Assembly: GCF_000008665.1 (NCBI RefSeq)
Contig: NC_000917.1
Coordinates: 450,001 to 482,000 of the forward strand
Length of the DNA: 32,000 bases
Direction of reading: 5' to 3'
From: Archaeoglobus fulgidus DSM 4304
Lineage (GTDB): Archaea; Halobacteriota; Archaeoglobi; Archaeoglobales; Archaeoglobaceae
In this document: in pieces, positions 19,558-28,143 of the stretch
How positions within the stretch are numbered: position 1 is the stretch's first letter
Layout: each line of letters begins with the position of its first letter
Notes under the pieces: generated by a model
Databases searched by the model: none
The model's input: the letters and a program-made list of their open reading frames with translations, nothing else
Told to the model about the DNA's origin: nothing
Translations under genes and position numbers: made by a program

Positions 19558-20175
19558 ATGGGAATTTTAGAGGACAAAAAGAGGGCAAGGATTTTTTACC
19601 GATACTTTTCTAAAATTTACGATTACATCAACCCAATTTTCTATTCAGACAAGATGCGCAAGACTGTAGTTGACATGGCCGACATTGATGCCGAGTCTCT
19701 TGTCCTCGAAGTTGGATGCGGAACGGGTTTTACGACAGAGGAGATAGTCAGAAGAATTGGAGAAGAGAGGGTTGTGGCGGTCGACATCACACCCGAGCAG
19801 ATGATGAAGGCCAGAGCAAAAATGGGTGGCGTGAACTACTTTCTGGGTGACGCAGAAAACCTCCCCTTCAAGGACAACTCCTTTGACGCTGCCATCTCTG
19901 CAGGGAGCATAGAGTACTGGCCAAATCCGCAGAGGGGGATTGAGGAAATGGCAAGAGTGACCAAAAGCGGGGGGAAGGTAGTAATTCTCGCACCCAGGAA
20001 GCCCGACAATTTTGCAGTCAGAAAATTTGCGGAAAGCATAATGCTCTTTCCCTCCACTCAGCAGTGCGTTTACTGGTTCATGAAAGCTGGTTTAGAGGAC
20101 ATAAGGTTCGTTGAAACAGGCCCCTATCGGTTCTGGAGCAAGCTCGTGGTGATAATAAGCGGCACAGTTCCCTGA
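19558..20175 (+). CDS. Class I SAM-dependent methyltransferase (UbiE-like)
   Basis: LVLEVGCGTGFTTEEIVR SAM-binding motif; DAENLPFKDNSFDAAISAGSIEYW. Confidence 0.88.
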   Translation: MGILEDKKRARIFYRYFSKIYDYINPIFYSDKMRKTVVDMADIDAESLVLEVGCGTGFTTEEIVRRIGEERVVAVDITPEQMMKARAKMGGVNYFLGDAENLPFKDNSFDAAISAGSIEYWPNPQRGIEEMARVTKSGGKVVILAPRKPDNFAVRKFAESIMLFPSTQQCVYWFMKAGLEDIRFVETGPYRFWSKLVVIISGTVP

Positions 20176-20212
20176 CCAGAGAAAATTTAAACAGGTTGAA
20201 CGCCCACTTAGC

Positions 20213-20611
20213 ATGGACAAAGTGAGCTACATAGGTCCAGTAATTCTCGACGAGCCTGAAGAATTCTCCCTTTCGGAGTTTGCGAGGCAGGTTGTGGCCA
20301 TGGAGGCTGAAAGGCTGTACTACTCAAACGGCAGAATATTCTTCATAGAGTACGACACGATTCACGGAATTCTCGACGACAGGCTCGTAATTGTTGAGCT
20401 CATCACCTACACCTCATTCACCACCGTGGGTGAATACAGAAACTGGATCGTCTACTACGGGAACGACGACACTGCTGAGTACGTTGAGAAGATAAAGGAC
20501 CTCAGAGGAGACATGACAATTATCCCCGTCCTCCGAACCCACGACAGATTCATAAGAAAGATAGAGGAGCAGATCAGCAAGGGCCAGTTCAGAAGCTTTG
20601 CCTCTCAATGA
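20213..20611 (+). CDS. Conserved-looking hypothetical protein, family not recognised
   Basis: 132 aa ORF with sensible archaeal composition (MDKVSYIGPVILDEPEEFSLSEFARQVVAMEAERLYYSNGRIFFIEYDTIHG...). Confidence 0.7.
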   Translation: MDKVSYIGPVILDEPEEFSLSEFARQVVAMEAERLYYSNGRIFFIEYDTIHGILDDRLVIVELITYTSFTTVGEYRNWIVYYGNDDTAEYVEKIKDLRGDMTIIPVLRTHDRFIRKIEEQISKGQFRSFASQ

Positions 20612-21152
20612 AGTCCGCCGTAATTTTCGCGATGAAGTCAAACTTTCCGAAGTAAAAGTGGTCCGTTTCAACCTTTACAACTTCCTTCGGCTTTGAAGCT
20701 TGCTCGTAAAGCTTCACAGACTCCTCGAGAGACACGAACTGATCACGCGTCGCTATTATGAAAAGCTTCGGAATTTCGGCATCTTTAAAGTATATGGAGT
20801 TTATTTCAGGAAGCGGTGAGATGTAAACCGCGGCATCGCAGTACTCGGCAACGTTCGACGCTACCACGCTTCCAAATGAGTATCTTATAACCGCAATCTT
20901 GTCGTGTCTGTCTTTAAGGTAGGCAACGCACTTCTTTGCATCTTCCACCTCACCTATACCGCTCCTGAATGGCCGCTGGTAGTCGAACCTCAGGACGGAG
21001 ACGTTTCGCTTGGTAAGCTCGGCAGCTATTCTCTCGAGCCTAACGTCAAACCTGCTCCCGCCCATAAGCGGGTGGGGAGGGCAAAGGAGCGCTGCGCTCT
21101 CACCCCTGATGTTGTAAGTCGCCCGAATGCCATCAACAACTATGTCAGCCAT
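20589..21152 (-). CDS. Alpha/beta hydrolase-like protein
   Basis: 187 aa; CPPHPLMGGSRFD, LRFDYQRPFRSGIGE, RYSFGSVVA (nucleophile-elbow position), TRDQFV, DHFYFG. Confidence 0.8.
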   Translation of the reverse strand: MADIVVDGIRATYNIRGESAALLCPPHPLMGGSRFDVRLERIAAELTKRNVSVLRFDYQRPFRSGIGEVEDAKKCVAYLKDRHDKIAVIRYSFGSVVASNVAEYCDAAVYISPLPEINSIYFKDAEIPKLFIIATRDQFVSLEESVKLYEQASKPKEVVKVETDHFYFGKFDFIAKITADFIERQSF

Positions 21153-22032
21153 TATCCCTCCTCCTTATCTCCTCCACAGCCTCACGAGCAGAATCGGCAA
21201 CTCTCCCTCCTTCGGAAATTAGGTTTTCAAGCTCCTTCACATCCTCCTCACCGCCAAGCATTCCGAGCATCATTGCAGCATCCTCTCTTATCCTAGCATC
21301 TTCGTGTGTGAGAAGCTTCCTCACGGCCTTTTTAACCCCCTCAACGACCTCCTTCTCGCCCTCAAGAGCCTCTGCAGTCGCCATCGCCCCCAGCCTCACG
21401 ATGAACTCCTCGTGTCCCATCAGCTCTCCAAGGAGCTCTCCAAGCTTTTCTTCGACGACGATGGCCTTGACGTCCTCAATTTCACCGCTCGCGAGTTTTT
21501 CAATAATGTAGTCCCTGTAGTCCCTATTCATCGCATCCCTAATCCACTTTTCAGCCTTGCTGGGAGTAAGCGCACCTACGAACCTCATCTTTCCGATGAA
21601 CGTCGTGGGAACACTCATCACTCCGTGTCTCTCTGCGAAGTCGTGAAACATTGTGGCATCAACCACGTGGTGCTCGATTGCATACTTTCGGGCGAGGGTG
21701 TTGATAGAATCGACCGTTGCCCTGCAGTTTGGACACACAGGAGCGACGAAGGTTATAATCCTGATTCCAGAGCCTCCTTTCACACCCTCGGCAACGATTT
21801 TAATTGCCTTTATGAAGCTTTCAAGCTCGTTCTGCTTCGGGATGGCGTGAAAGTAAATCTCGGAGTTATCTATCTTTACTCCGGGAAGAGACAGCCTGGG
21901 CTCGGGATTGGGGTTGAACTCGAGGGTGATTTTTTCCTCATCCTCGAAAAGCTTTTTAAGGTAATCGTAAATCTCCCTGCTGTTGAAAACTCTGAGCCTG
22001 ATACTTCTCTTCAGCTCGTCCAGTCGCATCAA
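21145..22032 (-). CDS. Thioredoxin-fold protein (PDO-like, CPNC) with C-terminal HEAT-like repeats
   Basis: TFVAPVCPNCRATVDSINTLARKY...GVMSVPTTFIG thioredoxin-like domain; C-terminal GAMATAEALEGEKEVVEGVKKAVRKLLTHEDARIREDAAMMLGMLGGEEDVKELENLI HEAT-like. Confidence 0.75.
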   Translation of the reverse strand: MMRLDELKRSIRLRVFNSREIYDYLKKLFEDEEKITLEFNPNPEPRLSLPGVKIDNSEIYFHAIPKQNELESFIKAIKIVAEGVKGGSGIRIITFVAPVCPNCRATVDSINTLARKYAIEHHVVDATMFHDFAERHGVMSVPTTFIGKMRFVGALTPSKAEKWIRDAMNRDYRDYIIEKLASGEIEDVKAIVVEEKLGELLGELMGHEEFIVRLGAMATAEALEGEKEVVEGVKKAVRKLLTHEDARIREDAAMMLGMLGGEEDVKELENLISEGGRVADSAREAVEEIRRRDNG

Positions 22033-22080
22033 GCGCAGTGCAGCAACAAGTTTTAAAGCATTTTTTGATATCTCTCTATA

Positions 22081-24176
22081 ATGGGTATAAGCAGTCCGGC
22101 ACTTTGGACGGAGTTCTTTGAAAGGTACTATCGAGAGGAGATTAACAAACTCGCCTACAAGCTGAAATCGGGCGGGGACGGTAGGTCACTCTATGTGAAC
22201 TTTGTTAGAGACCTCTCCATTTTTCAGGAGGGCAAGCTCGGAGAAGAGTTGATTGAAAAGCCCGATGAGGTGCTCGTTCACGCTGAAAGGGGTCTGGCGA
22301 ACGCCACCAACATTTACGGCGTTTCTCTGGAGGGCTGCAAGCCCGATTCTACTCACTCCCAACAGCAAGGAAGGTTCTGATAAGGAACCTCAGGGCGGAG
22401 CATATCGGAAAATTCATGGCGATAGAGGGGATTGTCAGGAAGGTTACTGAAGTCAGGCCGAGAATTGTTGAAGCCGCCTTTGCCTGCCTGAACTGCGGAA
22501 GCATAACCATGGTTCCTCAGGAGGACAGCCAGCTCAGACAGCCCTTTGAGTGCAGCAAGTGCAGCACGAAGAAGATGATTTTTCTCCCGGACAGCAGCAT
22601 CTCCGTTGACAGTCAAAGGGTGAAGATTCAGGAGTACCCCGAAAATCTCAGGGGTGGGGAGCAGCCGCAGACGATAGACGTCATACTTGAAGGTGATTTG
22701 GCAGGCTCCGTGAATCCGGGGGACAGGGTGATAATAAACGGGATCGTGAGGGCGAAGCCGAGAGGGCTTGGGCAGAGGAAAATGACGCATATGGACCTTT
22801 ACATCGAAGGGAACTCCGTTGAGGTTCTCCAGCAGGAGTACGAGGAGTTCGAGATTACCGAGAAGGACAGGGAACTGATAATGCAGCTTGCCGCAAGCGA
22901 CGACATCTACGAGAAGATAGTAAAGTCGATAGCCCCCTCAATATACGGTCATGAGGACGTGAAGCTTGCCATTGCCCTTCAGCTTTTCGGCGGCGTGCCC
23001 AAGAAGCTGCCCGACGGCACTGAAATAAGGGGGGACATTCACATCCTTCTTGTGGGCGATCCGGGCGTTGCCAAATCGCAGCTTTTGAAGTACGTCCACA
23101 GAATAGCTCCGCGGAGCGTTTACACAACCGGAAAGGGGACAACAACTGCAGGCCTCACTGCCACCGCAGTCAGAGATGAGGTGGATGGCAGGTGGACTCT
23201 TGAAGCCGGAGCCCTCGTTCTTGCGGATAAGGGCATTGCGTTGGTTGATGAGATTGACAAAATGCGTAAGGAAGACACCTCGGCATTGCACGAAGCACTT
23301 GAGCAGCAAACCATCAGCGTTGCCAAAGCGGGAATAAACGCCATCTTAAAGGCCAGATGCGCGTTGCTCGGTGCGGCAAATCCGAAGTACGGCAGATTCG
23401 AGAAATTCACTCCCGTTCCTGAGCAAATTGAGATGTCCCCCACCCTCCTTTCAAGGTTCGACCTGATTTTCGTTCTGAAGGACGAGCCGGATGAGGAGAA
23501 GGACAAGAGGCTCGTTGAACACATTCTCTACTCTCACCAGCTTGGAGAGATGACGGAAAAGGCCAAGAACGTTGCCGCAGAGTACGACGAGGAGTTCATA
23601 AGGCAGAGGTCGGAGAGGATAGTTCCGGAAATTGACCCCGACCTCCTAAGGAAGTACATAGCATATGCAAGAAAAACCGTCTATCCCGTTTTGACAGATG
23701 AGGCTAAGGAAAAAATCAAGGAGTTCTACTTGTCACTCAGGTCGAGAGTTAAGGAGAACTCCCCCGTTCCCATAACCGCAAGACAGCTTGAAAGCATCGT
23801 CAGGCTTGCAGAAGCCTCTGCGAGAGTCAGGCTCAGCGACAGGGTGGAGCCGGAGGACGTGGACAGGGTTATCGAAATCATGATGAGGAGTCTCAGGGAG
23901 ATTGCGGTTGACCCCGAAACGGGGGAGATGGACATAGACCTGGCCTACTCGGGCACCTCGAAAACGCAGAGGGACAGAATCATGATACTGAAGAAAATCA
24001 TCGAGCAGCTTGAGGAGGAGCACGAAAGGGGTGTTCCGGAGGAGCTAATTCTGGAGGAGGCAGAGAAGGAGGGAATCGATAGGACGAAGGCCAAAGAGAT
24101 TCTTTCCAAGCTCAAACTGCACGGAGAGGTTTACACTCCAAAACACGGGCATTACAAATTGGTAAGCAAACTTTAG
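22081..24176 (+). CDS. mcm: MCM replicative helicase, split in this sequence by an apparent missing nucleotide near 22347
   Basis: 22081..22380 encodes the MCM N-terminal domain start ([29 protein letters not shown]...[14 protein letters not shown]...). 22416..24176 (586 aa) encodes the rest with [27 protein letters not shown] zinc ligands, [14 protein letters not shown] Walker A and ALVDEIDKM Walker B. Confidence 0.95.
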
Positions 24177-24218
24177 TAAGAATAAAGGTTAAATATTAAG
24201 CGGACAAATCCTTAAACG

Positions 24219-24929
24219 ATGAAACTCGTGAAGACAGGGATACTTCCACTCGACACGCAGCTAGGCGGGGGAATGCCAGCAGGTAGCGTCGTTTCCGTCT
24301 TCGAGGAGCCCGGTGCCGGGGCGGATGTGCTGTCCTACCACTTCACGGTTGAGGGAGCCACGCATGGCGAGAACGTATTTTACCTTGCTACAGATGACAG
24401 CAGCGAGGAGATCAGGGAGTACATCAACCTCTACTTCGACCTTGACGAGGCGGTCTGGGAGAACATTACCCTGCTGAGCCTGAGAGCGTCCATGCAGCAG
24501 GAGGAGGGGGAGAAGGATGCCAAGGACTTTCTCAGAAAAACCATTTACGATCCAATCGGAGGAATTAAAACAATACTCAGCCACGAAGAGTTCGAGAGGG
24601 TTGTTATCAACAACTTTACGTACTTCCTCGCCAACTATCCCATCGAAGATGTCATAGCCCTCATTGACGTTCTCTCAAATTATGCCAAAAGGAACCAGTC
24701 TGTTGTGATGCTCCTCGTTACGAAGGGCATGTTTGATCCGAGAACTGAAACAACTGTAAAGCACTACTCGGACGGAGTTATCGAGCTTACGCTGAAAGAG
24801 GTTGAAAACGAGGTCCAGAGGAGGCTGAAGGTCGTAAAGTTCAAGGGAATACTTGTTCCAAAGGCTATCCTGAGGTATGAATTGACGGACAAGGGCATAA
24901 AGATGGAGTCGGTAATGAGGGTTCTATGA
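24219..24929 (+). CDS. RecA/RadA/KaiC-superfamily protein with degenerate Walker A
   Basis: 236 aa; KTGILPLDTQLGGGMPAGSVVSVFEEPGAGADVLSYHF; KaiC-like layout but the P-loop lysine is absent. Confidence 0.75.
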   Translation: MKLVKTGILPLDTQLGGGMPAGSVVSVFEEPGAGADVLSYHFTVEGATHGENVFYLATDDSSEEIREYINLYFDLDEAVWENITLLSLRASMQQEEGEKDAKDFLRKTIYDPIGGIKTILSHEEFERVVINNFTYFLANYPIEDVIALIDVLSNYAKRNQSVVMLLVTKGMFDPRTETTVKHYSDGVIELTLKEVENEVQRRLKVVKFKGILVPKAILRYELTDKGIKMESVMRVL

Positions 24930-25375
24930 GAGTTGCATTCGGGGAAATTTACGTCGAAGACCCATCAGCTTTTAGGGCAGACTACGCTGCGTTTATCGAC
25001 TCAAAGTACGTAGTTTCGCTTGAGGTCGTCGAGTTTGCCGCGAACAAGGCGTTAAAGAACTGGCAGAAAGGTAGACGAATTTCAAGATCCCTTCCAATAG
25101 AGATACTGCTCCACTATGCTGCAACGAGACAGATAAAGGACGCTCTGAAGCTTGGAGTTAAAAAGGGACTCAACAGGGTTGCTGCGGTAATCCTCGACGA
25201 GAGCAAGATGGAGGGTTTCAAGGAGATAGAATTCAGGCCCGAATATGATGCAGAGGCGGTTGTGAAGCACTACGGGATAACCGATGAGGAGCTTGAAATT
25301 GCGGGGCTGGAGAAGCTTCCCTTGCTGGTTAGGGAAAGAATAGCTCTTTTCGCTGCTTTCGAAGAAGTGGTGTGA
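24926..25375 (+). CDS. KEOPS complex subunit Cgi121-like
   Basis: 149 aa; SLPIEILLHYAATRQIKDALKLGVKKGLNRVAAVILD resembles the Cgi121/TPRKB family core. Confidence 0.72.
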   Translation: MRVAFGEIYVEDPSAFRADYAAFIDSKYVVSLEVVEFAANKALKNWQKGRRISRSLPIEILLHYAATRQIKDALKLGVKKGLNRVAAVILDESKMEGFKEIEFRPEYDAEAVVKHYGITDEELEIAGLEKLPLLVRERIALFAAFEEVV

Positions 25376-26214
25376 TGAGAGCAAAAGCCTACGCTGCAGG
25401 AACTGTTTTAAACGCACTGCCAACGGGGATAGGCTCGGCATTCGGCATAGAAATGCACACAATCGTAAAGCTAAGGCCTTCCGACGAGCTCAAAGTTTTT
25501 GTTAACGGAGTAGAGAGAAGGAGCATTGTCGCTGAGAGAATTCTCAACTCGATGGATGTCACGGCAGAAGTTATCGTGGAGTCCGAGATTCCGGGTGGTA
25601 GCGGATTGGGGAGCAGCAGCGCCTTCGTGAACGCACTCATATGTGCGGTCAAAAAAATGAAGGGTGAAGAGCTCAACGCCTTTGAGATTCTCAGGTCGAA
25701 CGCGAGGTTTTCTCTCGAAGCAGGAATTAGCTACACGGGAGCGTTTGACGACGCCTCCGCTTCTATGCTCGGCGGATTTGTAGTTTCAGACAACAGGAAA
25801 ATGAGGCTGATTAGAACCGACGAATTTGAAGGTTACTCGGCTGTGCTAATACCCAAATTCAGCAGAGGCAAAGTGGACTGGAGGAGGTTGAGGGAGAGGG
25901 CGAGCGAGGTTGAAGGGGCGGTAGAGGCGGCTATGAGGGGTGAGTACTGCAAAGCTATGAAGCTTAACACGGAGTACATCTGCAAAATGTTGGGCTATCC
26001 TTTGGAAATCGCCGAGAAAGGGTGGGAAAAGGGAATTTGCTGCGGTATTTCCGGCAACGGTCCAAGTTACGTGGCTTTTGGAAGCAAAAATGAGATGGAG
26101 GCTCTTGCCGAAACGTGGGGTGAATACGGTAGAGTTTACGTGAGAAGGGTAGCGGACGAGCCAGCTGAGGACGTTGTAATCCCGACGCCATTTTTTCGAA
26201 AGCTTGATGGGTAA
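25372..26214 (+). CDS. aroK: Archaeal-type shikimate kinase (GHMP kinase superfamily)
   Basis: 280 aa; AAGTVLNALPTGIGSAFGIEMHTIVKL, ESEIPGGSGLGSSSAFVNALICA, GNGPSYVAFG. Confidence 0.88.
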   Translation: MMRAKAYAAGTVLNALPTGIGSAFGIEMHTIVKLRPSDELKVFVNGVERRSIVAERILNSMDVTAEVIVESEIPGGSGLGSSSAFVNALICAVKKMKGEELNAFEILRSNARFSLEAGISYTGAFDDASASMLGGFVVSDNRKMRLIRTDEFEGYSAVLIPKFSRGKVDWRRLRERASEVEGAVEAAMRGEYCKAMKLNTEYICKMLGYPLEIAEKGWEKGICCGISGNGPSYVAFGSKNEMEALAETWGEYGRVYVRRVADEPAEDVVIPTPFFRKLDG

Positions 26215-26216
26215 GT

Positions 26217-26680
26217 TCAGCGTACCAACACTTTTCTCATTCTGACCCACTTCCCCCACTCTCCGGCCTCCTCAAATCCTGCGAGGCGTAGAACCTTCTC
26301 GCCCTGTAGTTTGTTCTGCCCACCCACAGTTCGGCAACTTTTCTGTTCCTTTCGAGAGCGTATTCCAAGGCCTTTTCCATTAGCTTTGCGCCAATCCCCT
26401 CCCCCCTAAATTCAGGAAGGACAAAAAGTTCGTGTATCTCCCCCACCTTTTTTCGCTCGAATATGCTGAACCAGTTCGTGTCGCACGCGACAAATCCAAC
26501 CGCCTCACCATCGATTTCAGCGACCATCACACCATCCTTGTCCCTGGAAAGCAACCACTTGAAGTAATTCTTTACGTCCCTTTTTCTCGTGTACGCATAA
26601 TCCTCAAGCCCCCTGTAGGATTCGACGTAAACCCTCACGAAGTCGTCGAGGTCGTCTTTGTCAGCCCTTCTTATCTCCAC
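26217..26680 (-). pseudogene. GNAT-family N-acetyltransferase, C-terminus apparently frame-broken near 26288
   Basis: ORF track frame (26237..26680) has GNAT motif A (IHELFVLPEFRGEGIGAKLMEKALEYALERNRKVAELWVGRTNYRARRFY), then an atypical tail ASQDLRRPESGGSGSE. The -1 frame gives RLAGFEEAGEWGKWVRMRKVLVR* ending at 26217, a typical GNAT tail. Confidence 0.78.
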
Positions 26681-26719
26681 GAATCAGGCTTATATACTGG
26701 GCTTTTAAGAGCTACGATT

Positions 26720-27670
26720 ATGCTTTTGAAAAAGCTCGTCGAGATCGAGTCACCCACCGGAAGTGAGCATGAGATTAAAGACTTCGTGAGGGATTTTCTC
26801 GAAAGCAAAGGTTACAGCGTGGTAGAGGGACAGTACTTCATCTCCACCAAATCGAAATCAGAGCTGATAGTCTCAACGCATCTCGACACAACTCCTGTGA
26901 AGGCCCCCTTCAGCACGGATGGTGTTTACGCCTACGGAACCGGCGTGTGCGATGCGAAGGCGAGCGTAGCTGCGATTCTTGAGGCCGCAGAACGGGGTGT
27001 TGACTTCACCATTGCCTTCTTCTGCGATGAAGAAGAAGGAGGAAAGGGCTCGAAGGAGTTCGCCGAGAAGTGGAGTTACGGCAGTATGGCGGTTGTGATG
27101 GAGCCCACGGATCTTAAAATCGCTTCGAGGCATTACGGAAACCTCGACTTAACGGTCGAAGTTAAGGGTGTGCAAAGCCACGGCTCCTACCCTGAAATGG
27201 GTGTCAACGCCATAGAAAAGGCCTTTGAGATGATTAGCGAGCTTAAAAAGCATTTTAAGGTTACACCTCTCAAAATTGCGGGCGGGAGCGATGACTACGT
27301 CATCCCCGATTACTGCATGGTGAAGCTAGATGTTCTGATAGAGCCGGAAACTAAGCTGGAGGAAGCGCTAAAGGAAATCGAGTTTCTCAGTAACTACGGG
27401 AAATACGAGGTCTCCAATGCGTACGAAGGCTTCATCAGCAAGGAGGTCGCTGGGTTTCTGGAGCGGGCGATGAGGGCTGCGGGTCTTGAGGTTGAGCATA
27501 CCGTTATGCCATCGTGGACTGATGCCCTAAACCTGAAAGACAGGTACGATGTAGTGGTTTGGGGGCCGGGAGAGCTTCACCTCTGCCATACTGTAAGGGA
27601 GAGGGTCAGGCTTGCGGACGTTGAGAAGGCAAGGGATGTTCTGCTAAAGCTAAGCGAAATGTTTAAGTAA
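26720..27670 (+). CDS. M20-family metallopeptidase/deacylase (ArgE/LysK-like)
   Basis: ATG at 26720 (ORF track over-extends to 26432, antisense to the GNAT gene); LVSTHLDTTPVK, YGTGVCDAKASVAAILEAA, FCDEEEGGKGSKEF, EPTDLKIASRHYGNLDL. Confidence 0.85.
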   Translation: MLLKKLVEIESPTGSEHEIKDFVRDFLESKGYSVVEGQYFISTKSKSELIVSTHLDTTPVKAPFSTDGVYAYGTGVCDAKASVAAILEAAERGVDFTIAFFCDEEEGGKGSKEFAEKWSYGSMAVVMEPTDLKIASRHYGNLDLTVEVKGVQSHGSYPEMGVNAIEKAFEMISELKKHFKVTPLKIAGGSDDYVIPDYCMVKLDVLIEPETKLEEALKEIEFLSNYGKYEVSNAYEGFISKEVAGFLERAMRAAGLEVEHTVMPSWTDALNLKDRYDVVVWGPGELHLCHTVRERVRLADVEKARDVLLKLSEMFK

Positions 27671-27690
27671 GTTTACGATGATGAACTGAC

Positions 27691-28143
27691 ATGTCTGACA
27701 ATGCCAAGACATCCGCAACGGACATAGTCCAAAGAATAATATCGCTTTTAACAATAATTCTGCTTGCATATTTCCTTTTCAAGGAGGGACTGTTTTCAGT
27801 TGACCAGAGGCTCCTATCCCTCGCAACCATAGTGCTGCTTGCATCCTTCCTTTTCATAATTTTCCTGGTGCTTTTCAAATGGCCCCTTGGCAATCTGAAC
27901 AAAAAGGAAATAAGAAGAACTATAGCAATTGTAACCACCAGCTTTTACTTTGGAACGCTTTCGATGGTGCTCTCCGGAAAACTTGAGCTTACTGAAGAGG
28001 TTGGTGCACTTATTGACGGCTTGAAGTGGGCCTTCATGGTTGTAGTGGCATTTTACTTCGGTTCGAGGGCGGTGGAGGATGCTTTGAAATCTAAAAAATC
28101 TGCTGAAGAATGTCCCCAAAATACAGATGCAGAAGCAGGATGA
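27691..28143 (+). CDS. Small membrane protein, function unknown
   Basis: 150 aa with about 4 hydrophobic segments (IISLLTIILLAYFLF; LATIVLLASFLFIIFLVLF; FYFGTLSMVLSG; WAFMVVVAFYFGS). Confidence 0.65.
   Translation: MSDNAKTSATDIVQRIISLLTIILLAYFLFKEGLFSVDQRLLSLATIVLLASFLFIIFLVLFKWPLGNLNKKEIRRTIAIVTTSFYFGTLSMVLSGKLELTEEVGALIDGLKWAFMVVVAFYFGSRAVEDALKSKKSAEECPQNTDAEAG

Noticed and set aside
22340-22380. Programmed -1 ribosomal frameshifting as the explanation for the MCM and other frame breaks
   Set aside because: No classic X-XXY-YYZ heptamer or obvious downstream stem-loop at the junctions, and family alignments are restored by a single inserted base; kept only as an unlikely alternative.
26432-26719. 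N-terminal 96-aa extension of the M20 peptidase ORF in the track
   Set aside because: It is antisense to the GNAT gene; the family-typical N-terminus (MLLKKLVEIESPTGSEHE) begins at the ATG at 26720.
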